From Mobula hypostoma (Eukaryota), in the NCBI RefSeq assembly GCF_963921235.1, contig NC_086097.1, positions 64,544,001-64,608,000 on the forward strand: a DNA stretch of 64,000 bases, read 5' to 3'. How positions within the stretch are numbered: position 1 is the first letter of the stretch; every line of letters begins with the position of its first letter. The notes under the pieces are model-generated. The model ran no database searches. It was not told the DNA's origin and saw only the letters and a list, made by a program, of their open reading frames with translations. The translations under genes were made by a program, and so were the position numbers. Below are positions 50,598 through 62,089 of the stretch, in pieces.

Positions 50598-51617
50598 TGT
50601 TTATTTCCCTCCATAGATGCTGTCTGACCTGCTGAGTCCCTCCAGCATTTTGTGTGTTGCTCAAGATTTCCAGTATCTGCAGAATCTCTTGTGTTTATAA
50701 TGCTTTGGTAGCATAGCTTGGATTGTATTACATGAGGCAATCGCCAGGAACAAGTGACTTACAAATGAATTATTATTATGGATAGTAATGGGAAACCTTA
50801 GAGAGTATAGGCTTAGAATATATACTGTAGGTAAGAATTAGGTTCAATTAGTAAATCTTTCTTTCTAGACGAGTCTTCACCCTAATGGAACACATATATC
50901 ATCAGGTATAGATATCCTGTATTCATCCAGAATCTAAGAGTGGAAGAGGATAAGTTGTGTAAATTACTTCTCAGTACTGATTAGAAAGATTTGAGAGTTT
51001 TCATGGTTTACAGAAAAACTTCAGATTTAAAATTCTCAATCTTGTTTTCAAATCCCTCCATGCTCTTGCTCCCCAAACTTCCATCTCTGCAGGTCACAAT
51101 GGGGGCGCTGGGAGTGGACCCAAATGCAAGACACAGACACTGAAGGACTAGGAACAGGACTAGGCATGACAAGGGAGCAAGGAGAGAGGGGAAAAAGGGA
51201 CGCTGGACATGACACAGGCCCTGGACGAGACAATTATACAGGGCTGGGCTAGGACTTGACTAGGATAGTGGAACCACGACATGGAACTTGGAACTAGGAG
51301 TCTGGGCTTAGACTCCGAGCCAGAGACTGGACAAGGACCCGAAACCTGGGTCTTGACTCAGGCTCGGACCCCGGAACTAGGCTCGGACATGATGAGGCTA
51401 CAGGACGTGGCGAGGCTACAGGACGGGACAAGAGACTCCAGGACAGGATGAAGGAACTCCAGCCCAGGATGAGGGAACCCCAGCACCGGGCTGGGCAAGG
51501 TACTCCCGGGCTGGGCGAGACACATGGACAAGATGAGAACACAAAGCCGTGGCTTGGACAGGACAAGGTTATTGGACGTGGCTGGGACTGGATGAGACCC
51601 TGAAGCCTTGACTTGGA

Positions 51618-51846
51618 GAGACAGGAACGCAGAGCCTCGGTCGAGGGAGGGACAGGAACGCAGAGCCTTGGTCGAGGGAGGGACAGGAACGCAGAGCCTC
51701 AGTCGAGGGAGGGACAGGAACGCAGAGCCTCGGTCGAGGGAGGGACAGGAACGCAGAGCCTTGGTCGAGAGAGGGACAGGAACGCAGGGCCTTGGTCGAG
51801 AGAGGGACAGGAACGCAGAACCTAGGTTGAGGGAGGGACAGGAACA
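51618..51846. repeat. 31-bp minisatellite, about 7 copies
   Basis: Unit GGGACAGGAACGCAGAGCCTCGGTCGAGGGA; ACAGGAAC recurs every 31 bp from 51621. Confidence 0.95.
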
Positions 51847-51925
51847 TGGAACACAGAGCCAGGACCCCTCCTTGGAAACAGGACATAGGGCTGGAACTCA
51901 TCACACTGAACGCGGAATACGACAA

Positions 51926-52120
51926 GACAGTTCCCAACACAAGGTAGGGGCAGACAGCCAGACCTACCTAGCAAAGGCGTGGACACAGACAGTTCCCAAC
52001 ACTAGGTAGCAGCAAACGGCCAGACCTACCTAGCAAAGGTGTGGACACAGACAGTTCCCAACACTAGGTAGCGGCAAACGGCCAGACCTACCTAGTGAAG
52101 GCGTGGACACAGAGACAGTT
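51926..52120. repeat. 62-bp tandem repeat, 3 copies
   Basis: GACAGTTCCCAACAC starts at 51926, 51988 and 52050. Confidence 0.95.
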
Positions 52121-53359
52121 CAAAACAACAATAGGCAGTTACTTATCTTGCTCCAGCAGTTGAACTTGACAGTGGTGCAGGTGAGGCAACAGAAGGCAAG
52201 GCAAGGGAAGGGAAGGGTTTCAGACAGGGGTATAGGCAGGAACAATCCAGCAGCCAGAAGCTCAATCTTGAAGCTATTTATGAAGCCAACCCAAACGAGA
52301 ATCAGCTGCCTCAACAGAAACTGAGGAAAGCCGGAAAACCTGGAATAAGGAACATAGACCAGACCGTGAACCGGAATGCAGGTTTCACGGACCGGACCAT
52401 GACACTGCAAGTGTTATCAGCACTAAAAAGAATTATAGAGTTCTTCACTCCTATAAATCTGTATTTTACACATTCTTCCCTTCCTTCCTCCTGTCATCAG
52501 TGACCATGTCTTCACCCCGGAATCTCCACCTTTCGTCGTCTTCTCCCCTTTTTAGCCTACTCTTAGAACTTCTTTGATGAACATTCTGGTCACATGTTGT
52601 CATGCATTCTTCTTCATCTGTTTTTTCTGTGGCTCGTTCTTTTCCTGTGAAGCATCTTTAGTACTAAAAACATCATATGCAAAGTAGAAATAGGTACAGA
52701 AATGCTAAAAGAAACTTTGACACATAAGTACAGGAGAAATACTTGGATATTTAGAACCAGAAAGGAATATAGACATGTGATGGCAGTGAAATGCCAGAAG
52801 TATTAAATAACAATTTTACTTCGCTATTTACCAGGAGAATTAATTTGGTGGGCATGCCACTTAAGGACAAGGTAACAAAATGTATAAGTGTTCAGAATAT
52901 GAGGGGGAAGATGGTACTAAGTACAATCTGGTCAACACTTAGCAAGTGTAATTTTATAGTATTTACACCTACCAGATGAATTGTATAATCTTACAAGCAA
53001 AATGCAGGCGCACTTAATTATCCCATTAACAATTTACAGTGCACATTGTGTTGAAAAGAAAAGATTGTCACATGTTCACATCAGGGAAAAATATGATCGG
53101 CTCTGCAGAGGAGCAAATCATCATTATTTAAATATTTATCTATTTAGCATAATTAATACCACAATATGCTTTCAATATTACAATTTTGACCTTGAGTAAT
53201 GCATACATGATCAGCAAGCTAGAACTGAGCAGAGACACACAAGAAACAGTGATACTGTTTCTCGTGCCTTGTCAAAAATCTTATTGTGAGTTGCTTTGTT
53301 GATTATCTTGCCTGAGTAAAGACTTCATTGTACATAAGTCAAGGAAAACCAACAGACAA

Positions 53360-53960
53360 GTACAGCAAGTGATTGCGAAGGCAAATGGTATGTTGGCCTT
53401 TATTACAAAGATTTTGAGTGCTATAGTAAAAACATTTACTGCAATTATTTAATGCTTTGGTAAGAACATATCGTTGTGTATAGTTTGGATCTCCTTAGCT
53501 AAAGGAGGATATGCTTGCTATTGAGGGAGTACAGCAGGCTAGTTCCAGGTTTCATTGGTTGACCAAGTTAGAACCGATTGAGTAGAATTGGTATGAAGAA
53601 TTATTCATGTTTTTATTATTATTGCTCTTATCATCCAATGTTTGGGTAATAAGAAGAGATAACATTTGAAATATTCTAAAAAGAGCTAGAGAGATTTTCC
53701 CTGGCTAACTGATCAGGAACCAATGTTCATGGGTTCAGAATAAGAGATATGAGATATGTCATTCAGGATTTCCTTCAATCATATGGTAGCAGATTTTTGG
53801 AATTCTTGATCCAGACAGCTGTGGAGGCTCTATTATTGACCTTTTTGAAACATTGCTGGATAATTTTTAGTAATCAAAGGAAATAAGGGTAAAGCTGAAA
53901 AATGAGATGGTGTTAAGGGCCAAGTGTCTGGCTCCATCTGTAATTTCTTATATTCTTATT
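53360..53960 (+). mobile_element. Decayed CR1 3' end
   Basis: GAAGGCAAATGGTATGTTGGCCTTTATT (KANGMLAFI) and GACAGCTGTGGAGGCT. Confidence 0.75.
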
Positions 53961-54380
53961 GATGTTTGAGGCAATGTTACTTTTGATTCATATGCAGAAT
54001 ATAATTTCTTGATTCATGACAATATGTCAGATTTCTGATGAACTGGAGATCTTGGGACGGGCACAATTTACAATGCCCCAGGGCTGGAATTTGGTATCTA
54101 ATCTTTCAAAGTGAAACTACAAGTAATTTGATCAAAATATTCTCGATTTACAAAATATTCGCAATTATGAAACTTCATTTTAATGAGCCCCAGCACTTTA
54201 CATTGAGTTGATTGAGATATTGATTTAATATCCAAAACCTTTTAAGCTCTGCGTACTTGTGGAAGAGAAGTGTGACATTTTAAATTATTGTACTTTCTGA
54301 AGATGTTTCAACAATCCCAACAAATTTTCATAAAATTCAGACAAAGGCAGTAAAATCTGCATGATATGTTTTGTCACTAA

Positions 54381-55201
54381 AGGCTGATTTATACTTCTGC
54401 ATAGTAGCCTACACTGTAGCCTACGCAGGTGGCCTACACCATTGTGAGCATTTATACGTGTGTTGGTGTGTCTGCGTTGCCCTGCAATTCACCGCCAAAA
54501 TGCTAGTTGGCAGTGGGGTTTCTATGCCACTGTGTTGAGTTTCTTAATGTTGAAACGTCAGGACGAAGGGTCTCGGCCCGAAATGTCAACTGTACCTCTT
54601 CCTAGATATGCTGCCTGGCCTGCTGCATTCACCAGCAACTTTTATGTGTGTTGTATGAAGAAACTCAAACTTCAAACAATGGCGACTGAAACTGAAGGAT
54701 AGTGAATTTTCTGTGCTTGTCCGGCCACTGAGAGACATGGACGAGGAAATGCATTTCAAATATTTTCGGATGTTGGCAGGTAGATTTGACGATTTGGTTC
54801 ATCATCTCCAAGCATTTATTTCGCATCAGTGTATGCACAGTATACTCAGAGTCTGGCAATCACCATTCGAATTTTAGCTTCAGGTGGAAGTCAACAAGCT
54901 GTAGCAGCTAGCTACAAACTGGCGTCAAGCACAGGGTCCTCATAATTTTGGAGGTCTGTAAAGCTTTATGGAAAGCATTGCAGCCAGAGTTCCTTCCCTG
55001 CCCTTCAGTCGCCCAATGGGAAGCTATTGCAGCATAGGAGGAAATGCAATGCTACCAAGCAGAACAATCACTGTTGTTGCGGTCTGTGTCGTCGTGAAGC
55101 GTAGTTACATTTTTGAGCTGGTGAGCATCAGGCTACGGCGTAGGGTAGGCAGCTACACCATACCTACGGCGTAGATTTGACGCAGAAGTACAAATTGGCC
55201 T
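54381..55201 (+). mobile_element. Internally deleted PIF/Harbinger transposon
   Basis: TIRs AGGCTGATTTATACTTCTGC / GCAGAAGTACAAATTGGCCT, TAA TSD on both sides. Transposase N-terminal remnants [27 protein letters not shown] and [16 protein letters not shown]. Confidence 0.88.
54548..54653 (+). mobile_element. Penelope terminus inserted in the Harbinger element
   Basis: GACGAAGGGTCTCGGCCCGAAATGTCAACTGTACCTCTTCCTAG...GCTGCCTGGCCTGCTG. Confidence 0.8.
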
Positions 55202-55706
55202 TAACACTATGGTAGATCTTTTGAATGAAAGCATATCCTACGAGAGCTACATATGTATGTATGTATTAACCCTCCACTTAGATCAGTGGTTTCCAAACTT
55301 TTCTGGGTTACCACTATTAGAGCAATTTTTGGGTTTAGCACATTTACATTTAGCAAATGACTTTGGCCACCACTCTTCGGGTCTGAGTACAAATTGTGGA
55401 TTTAATTTGGAGTGTAGCTGTGAACAATGGATTCCTAAAAGCCGTGAATCCCAGACCAGGCAATGCTGATTAAAATTCATTTAGGTGCCTGTGTTTTGTG
55501 TGTGAATCAGGAGGTGTGAAGTTTGTGTGTAGTTTCAAAGAAAGCATTATAGATACATTGTAAATATAGAGTTGTCCTTTGATGTTCAGCCATAAAATAT
55601 TGAGCCCCACATTGGCCAGCCAGATCGTTTGACCGAAAGCATCTCCATATTATGTCAGCTGTACCTTGTTTTGTCAAATAAAGAAGCTGCTTCATATCTA
55701 CCAGTA

Positions 55707-56487
55707 CTTCTCTCTACAAAGAATCTAAGGAAAAGATACCCCCAGGGGTGCCCGAGAGGGGGGGGAGGATGAGCACCCAAGTCGGATGGACACAACAACA
55801 TCAGACCCAGGCAATGAACAAACGACGATGAGGAAGCAGTGTGCATGTGGCAAAATCTGCAAGAACGATCGCGGCTTGAAGATCCACCAAGCGAGGATGA
55901 AGTGTTTGGTGGGAGCAGGAGCAGCACAACGCGCAGGTGTCCAACCTGGTGAGACGAAGGAGGGGCCAGGCCCGGAGTCACCCCATAGTGCCCAGAACCT
56001 CCAAGTGTTGTAAACTAATCCCTCGAACATGGTCTAACAGGAGGCGGATCAAATAGCCTGCAGCTAACATGACTTCACTGCAGAAGCAGTTTGATGAAGA
56101 TGTTAACCAAATTCTGGAGGCAACGGTGAAGGGAGGGGCTGATAGGAAGCTGCAAACCATGACAACAATTCCCAGTGGAGGTTGGTTGTAGGGGATTCGT
56201 AGCCCGTTCTTTAGGTTGAGCCTTCAGCATTTTGGGCATCAAGGGAGGGAGGAAGAGGAGAGCCATCCGCAGTCCCACCAATGCGGCAGAGAGGGCCTCA
56301 AGATGACTGTGGCTCAAAAGAGGGGAGCCATGGAGTCATAAGTAGCTAGTCATCTGGACACAAGCTGGGGTCTGATCAGCCCTGGCTGGGTCACCTGGAG
56401 GAGGTTGTACGGTGTTGAAAGACCCGAAACACCCGATGATTCCAGGAACATCACTGAAGATGCGTCCAGAAGCATCAGTAGATATAT
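55707..56487 (+). mobile_element. Internally deleted Hero-clade (RLE non-LTR) retrotransposon
   Basis: N-terminal finger CACGKICKNDRGLKIHQARMKC and PGET..GPESPHSAQNL joined at about 56170 to the C-terminal PVEVGCRGFVARSL...AERASR.LWLKR and a 3' UTR. Confidence 0.8.
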
Positions 56488-57160
56488 AGTAGGTACACAG
56501 CAGTCCAGTGACTTAATTCATGCAACAAAAACTGACACCTTGGCTCCCAAACCATGTTCCCAGCACTCCATCTCCCTTTCTGGCCATTTACATAAAAACT
56601 ATAAAGGATTTTGATTTTCGATGCACAGTAAAAGAAAATAGGAACTGCAAATTCAAAGCAGTGACAAATAATTGCAAAAATTATTCAAGTCTATTTAAAG
56701 CTACAAATAAAATTATTTATTTTATTATAATAAAAACAATTTTAATCAACAATTTTAGAGTGTACATTAGTAATTCAACTATTCAATACTTCATTGGGTG
56801 ACTGTACTGAAGCCATGCTCCACTAAATATGAAGTTAGAAAGGCAATAAAGAACACCTCGATCATTTTTTTTTCTTAATGCAGGATAGTGTTCAGAGATT
56901 TCTTTCTGCAATCGAAAGTCTTGATATGATTTTTTGAACCTTGGCTTCTGCTCAAAGACATTTTGTAGCAAGTTCTGTTCTTCCTCTATCCTCACTGTTC
57001 ATGCTTCATTACAAGTGTTCAGGAATGGGTTTATTACGTAATCTGGAATTTGGATTGAGAGGAGATCGTGAAATCTCTCTGAGTTATCTTTATGCAGCTC
57101 ACCCAGGCGGGCTCAGTGTACATGAAGTTTATCATCTGGTATTCTTACTTTCTCTTCCAA

Positions 57161-57758
57161 CTCAGAGAGGTTTGGAAATATAAAAGCAAGGAAGTAATGT
57201 TGAGACTTCATAAAACACTGGAGAGGCCTCACTTAGAGTATTGTGAGCAAGTTTTGTGCCCTTTATCTTAGAGACTAGAAAGGATTCAAAGAGGTTCATG
57301 AAAATGATTCCAGGATTGAATGACTTGTCATATGAAGAGCATTCTGGGCCTGTATTCAGTAGAATTCAAAAAAATGAGGGTTAGCCTCATTGAAACCTAT
57401 CGAATTATGAAAGGCCTTAGTAGAGTGGATGTGGAGAGGATGTTTCCTATGGTGGATGAGTCACAGCATCAGAAGAGAGGGGCATCCTTTTAGAACAGAA
57501 ATGAGGAGGAATTTCTTTAGCCGGAGAGCAGTGAATGTGGAATTCTTTGCCACAGGCAGCTGCAGGAGCCAAACCTTTTTATATACATTTAAGGCAGAGG
57601 TGGATAGAATCTTGATTGTTCAGGGCATGAAGGGATATGGGGAGAAGGCAGGAAATTTGGACTGAGAGGAAAATTGGATCAGCCATGATGAAATGGCAGA
57701 GCAGACTCAGTGGGCCTAGTGGCCTAATTCTGCTCCTATACCTTGTGTCTTATGGTCT
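57161..57758 (+). mobile_element. CR1 3' end nested in the hAT element
   Basis: ORF 57429-57665 (EGHPFRTEMRRNFFS), tail TCTTATGGTCT. Confidence 0.9.
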
Positions 57759-58074
57759 AATTGGAAACGATCATGCCAGCTAACGTTGCACTTATATAGG
57801 GTTAACGGGTAGAAATGTGGAGACAACTGATTTGACTTTGATAAAATACACACCATTTCCTTGCAATTGAAGAATGATTTTCTTAAACCTTGTGAATAAC
57901 TCTGACAAATAAGCAATGCCATGCCTAATACTATTTAGTTGGTTATTGAATGTAACATTTGTATCTTCAAAGAATTTTATTACAGTTTCAAAAAGTGCAT
58001 AAAGGCATCTCAGGCAGTTTCCTTTTGAGAGCTATCTGACTTCTGTATGCAACAGCAAGCGTTCAATGTTCATC

Positions 58075-58601
58075 ATACCATATAACCATATAAAAATTAC
58101 AGCACGGAAACAGGCCATCTCGGCCCTTCTAGTCCGTGCCGAACACTTACTCTCACCTAGTCCCAGCCTATAACCCTCCATTCCTTTCCTGTCCATATAG
58201 CTATTCAATTTAACTTGAAATTACAACATTGAACCTGCCTCAACCACTTCTGCTGGAAGTTCGTTCCACACAACTACCACTCTCTGAGTAAAGAAGTTCC
58301 CCCTCATGTTACCCCTAAACTTTTGCCCTCTAACTCTCAACTCATGTCCTCTTGTTTGAATCTCCCCTACTCTCAGTGGAAAAAGCTTATCCACGTCATC
58401 AATCCCCCTCATAATTTTAAATACCTCTATCAAGTCCCCCCTCAACCTTCTACGCTCCAAAGAATAAAGACCCAACTTGTCCAACCTTTCTCTGTAACTT
58501 AGGTGATGAAATCCAGGTGACATTCTACTAAATCTTCTCTGTACTCTCTCTATTTTGTTGACATCTTTCCTATAGTTCGATGACCAGAACTGTACACAAT
58601 A
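58075..58601 (-). mobile_element. CR1 3' end nested in the hAT element
   Basis: ORF 58221-58646 (YCVQFWS..YRKDV..IERVQRRF...RLRGDLIEVFKIMRG), tail (TATGGT)n. Confidence 0.92.
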
Positions 58602-58786
58602 TTGGAAGTTTCCATTAGTCGATTTCCCTAAGACCAATTTTTCCAAAGTTTACCCGATGATATAATTTCCAAAAGTAACCGGCATTGAGCAATTTAGAGA
58701 CGGCTTCTTCCATCAGGCTTCTGAACGTTTCATGAATACTACTTCACCATTCCTTTGTTTGCACTATTTATTTTGTAATTTATAGT

Positions 58787-59692
58787 GTTCTCTCCCTCTC
58801 TCCCCTCTCCCCCTTTCTCTCCTCCCCTCTCTCTCCTCTCCCTCTCTCCCCCTCCCCATTTCACTCCTCTCCCTCTCTCCCCTCTCCCCCTTTCTCTCCT
58901 CCTCCTCTCTCTCTCCTCCCCCTCTCTCCCCTCTCCCCTTTCTCTCCTCCCCTCTCTCTCCTCCCTCTCTCCCCTCTCCCCCTTTCTCTCCTCCCCTCTC
59001 TCTCTCCTCCCCCTCTCTCCCCTCTCCCCTTTCTCCTCCTCTCTCTCTCTCCTCCCCCTCTCTCCCCTCTCCCCCTTTCCTCCTCTCTCTCTCTCCTCTC
59101 CCTCTCTCCTCTCCCTCTCTCCCCTCTCCCCCTTTCTCTCCTCCTCTCTCTCTCCTCCCCCTCTCTCCCCCTCCCCTTTCTCTCCTCCTCTCTCTCTCCT
59201 CTCCCTCTCTCCCCTCTCCCCTTTCTCTCCTCCTCTCTCTCTCTCCTCTCCCTCTCTCCCCTCTCCCCTTTCTCTCCTCCTCTCTTTCTCTCCTCTCCCT
59301 CTCTCCCCTCCCCATTTCTCTCCTCCTCTCTCTCTCCTCCCCCTCTCTCCTCTCCCCATTTCTCTCCTCCTCTCTCTCTCCTCTCCCTCTCTCCCCTCTC
59401 CCCTTTCTCTCCTCCTCTATCTCTCTCCTCCCCCTCTCTCCCCTCTCCCCCTTTCTCTCCTCCTCTCTCTCTCCTCCCCCTCTCTCCCCTCTCCCCCCTT
59501 TCTCTCCTCCTCTCTCTCTCCTCTCCCTCTCTCCCCTCTCCCCTTTCTCTCCTCCTCTCTCTCTCTCCTCTCCCTCTCTCCCCTCTCCCCTTTCTCTCCT
59601 CCTCTCTTTCTCTCCTCCCCCTCTCTCCTCTCCCCATTTCTCTCCTCCTCTCTCTCTCTCTCCTCCCCCTCTCTCCCCTCCCCATTTCTCTC
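58787..59692. repeat. About 900-bp polypyrimidine/polypurine (CT-rich) tract with a higher-order unit of about 45 bp
   Basis: Nearly pure C/T on the plus strand with only a few A; recurring CTCTCTCCCCTCTCCCCCTTTCTCTCCTCC. Confidence 0.95.
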
Positions 59693-59878
59693 CAGCTGCC
59701 TTTCCCAACACAAAGCTCTCAAAATTGTCGAGAACTGAGAACATGGGAGTTGAATATCACTCTGATGACGGTATTTAATGATTTGTGCAGCCAAGCACTT
59801 AGTTTTTTTGCGACACGATGTTGTCTGTGAATTACCCAGTGAATGGTAAATATGTTAGGTACAGCTTTTTACAAGAAA

Positions 59879-60072
59879 GGGGTGTATGGGGTATCAGGGA
59901 GGGGTAGCACCTCTCGTGGGGGAACACGTCGTGTCCTTTTCAGGGCGGTTAGTCCACCTTTGGTCCCCACCTGGCACTCAGCTCTCACCTGTGGCTCCCC
60001 GTAGCTGTTTGCATGCGACAGCGGCCACACCCCGGGCAATGGCTTCGACAAGCCGGCTAAACCAGGTGAGGG
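59879..60072 (+). ncRNA. HDV-like self-cleaving ribozyme (predicted)
   Basis: P1 GGGGTGT/ACACCCC; P2 CTCTCACCTGT/ACCAGGTGAGGG; P3 GGC/GCC; L3 TCCCCGT; P1.1 CC/GG; GCAA; P4 TGGCTT/AAGCCG; J4/2 GCTAA. Confidence 0.8.
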
Positions 60073-60443
60073 TAGCCAACGGGTCTCAAACCCTCGGTGA
60101 GATAGGGAGTTGTCTATCCCAGCATGTGAAGACAGACTCTGGCGGATTGAGCGGACGAGACCCATGGAAGGTCCAATGGTCAAGAAGGCGGTCTCTGCAA
60201 GCGTCGTGGAACGTGTAGAGCAGGACAAGACACAGAAGACGTCCTGGTCATCCACTGCGCCTAGTCCCATCTCCAGCCATCTAGACTCTGTCTTGCCACT
60301 GGATCCAGATGGGAATTGGGAAGAGAGAGTGAGGCTGATGCTGCGTAACTCTCCCCCACTTAAATCCAAATGATGCGCTAGTCTCGACACCATCATAATG
60401 GTGTTGAGGTCCTCATCGACGTCAACGATGGACGAACAACAAC
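59879..60443 (+). mobile_element. Full-length non-coding retroelement (RTE-like partner inferred) with a ribozyme head and (AAC)n tail
   Basis: TSD TTTACAAGAAA(G) at 59868-59878 and 60444-60454. 3' hairpins CTCGACACCAT/ATGGTGTTGAG and CATCG/CGATG, then AACAACAAC. Confidence 0.88.
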
Positions 60444-62089
60444 TTTACAAGAAAGTAATAACCCAACGGTGGCGTCCTGTCATTGCTGGTGTCCTGTTCT
60501 GTTGGACAAACAAGAATGTTGGTGAGTAGAATGTCCTCTTTGAAAGATTTCTCAACATGTCGAAATATTGACTCCTCCTTTGTGTCTGTTTCTAGTCTCC
60601 TTGCATCTTGAACCATGCTTTCATCTTTTGTGAAATGAACATAACCAAGAAGCAAAGACTTGTTGCCTGGCAAAGTTGACTCATCCAACTGCAGAGGAAA
60701 TTCTGTTATCTTAATTATGTTGCATAACGTGTCTTCCACATTCTCAGATATTCCATCTATTCATCTTGTTGTCGCTGAGCCGAATCACTTTAATTATTTG
60801 GTCTGGTCATTAATGCAAAACTGTACTCAGAACCTCCCTTACTGCTGGCAGAATCAGTTCTTCTCCAATTGTATAGGACCTTCCAGATTTAGTAATGATC
60901 AATGAAAGGTTGCATGAAGCACACAAAGTCCTGTTGTGAAGTGCCGGCAAGCATGTTTTGAAGTGTTTTCTGTTTCTGAAAAATTTCACAAAGTAACTGC
61001 AAGTAAACCAAGTTCTTGTTTACTTTATCAGAGTGTGTTCTCATCAAATATTCAAGGAGCCTAGATGGTTTCATCACCTCATTTGAAAAAAAGATTTTCA
61101 CACAACAGACAGATGGGCAGCTTTTGGTTACTTAGTGTTGGTACTGATTTGCTCTGCTTCTGTCATTTTCGTTGTGAATTAATGGTCATGGTCAATGGCC
61201 TATTGTTTAAGTCCTACCTCAAGCACTGCAATCAACAAAGGGGAAAGTTATGATCTCATCGTAGCTCAGGCAAAATCTGACTCTCAGCCTGAAGATACAT
61301 AAAGTGAGACAGCGATATGTCATTAGGCTGTTGGCTAAAGAACTGTGGTCAAGGCCATTCTAAAGGGCAGATTCTGAACATTACCCCATTGAATGCCCTA
61401 GTCTAATTCACAGGAATTGTGGTACTGCATGATTAGTGTATGGGAATCATACAAGCTAATACTGTACTACAGTAGTGAGTGGCAATAACGGGTGGGCCAG
61501 ACCAGGCCTGGAAACAACACGATTCCTTCAGTCCAACTTTCTCATGATATGCCAAATACAGACGTGCCACATTGCTTTTCAACAGCTATAACATACTTCA
61601 AGCTAAGTCTAAGAGAACAGTGGGTTAGCAAGAGGTGGGTGAATTTTGATCATTATAATCAATTATGAGACATTGAGGATCAAATGTTTCTAGCAAGTAA
61701 TTCATTTCTTAAATTAAGCCAGTAATCCTTCAACTGCCCCCCCTTGCTACTGAGTGATCCCTCTTTATCTTAGAAACTCCCAGTGCCCCGGGGGTGGGGG
61801 GTGTGGGGGAGGTGATAGTAACCACTTTGGGAACCACTGATTTAGATTCACTGTGCTGTGCCTGAAATGTCAATTGCAGTCTTTGAGAAATTATTACTGT
61901 GTTATCTGAAAATTAGTATAAAGACATGGGTTATTCCCAAAATATTCTGAAGTGAGGCAGCGATGTTAAAGCAGCAGAAGTGAGTGATGGTATTGTAACA
62001 TGCAGTTATCACGTGGCTTCTCCGTGTATTACAGGCAGGGTTATGACCACCTTAAATCATTGCACTGGCTCTCTGCATCAAAAACAATC

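Larger units (their letters stand above)
48175..50700 (+). mobile_element. Penelope element 3' part (GIY-YIG region and hammerhead-bearing terminus), split by a Rex1 insertion
   Basis: RVPLVLTYDP (48107-48403) and ENHFVKHLRSI...RVEEKYLI. It resumes at 50247 as TTCCGTCTGGGTAGCCTCCAACCTGATGG (FRLGSLQPDG). Confidence 0.85.
51092..52404 (-). mobile_element. 1.3-kb solo LTR with internal tandem arrays
   Basis: 5-bp TSD CTGCA (51087-51091 and 52405-52409). Ends (G)GTCA...TGACA. Confidence 0.85.
55284..61839 (-). mobile_element. hAT-Charlie/Buster-type DNA transposon, fragmented by nested insertions
   Basis: TIRs CAGTGGTTTCCAAA / TTTGGGAACCACTG. 8-bp TSD ACTTAGAT / ATTTAGAT. Transposase pieces: MKPSRLLEYLMRTH (60889-61101), FPLQLDEST...LLLGYVHF (60422-60739), and C-terminal HYPAL...FLTSYLVEHGFS (about 56795-56995). 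Confidence 0.9.

Noticed and set aside
51618..52120. CRISPR-like regular arrays and the ORFs 51569-52009
   Set aside because: The units are contiguous with no unique spacers, there are no cas genes, and they sit inside a eukaryotic LTR. The ORFs are repeat translations.
56385..56470. Hammerhead-like words (CGAAAC, CTGAAGA) in the Hero 3' UTR
   Set aside because: I could not build the three stems in the required order.
58739..59794. Long ORFs of 125-326 aa rich in R/G/E or S/P/L
   Set aside because: They are translations of the CT tract, which cannot form stop codons in these frames.
59869..60396. Protein-coding ORFs in the ribozyme element (175, 110 and 87 aa)
   Set aside because: No recognisable domain, and the frames are not obviously preserved in the second copy. 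The GC-rich structured RNA explains the lack of stops.
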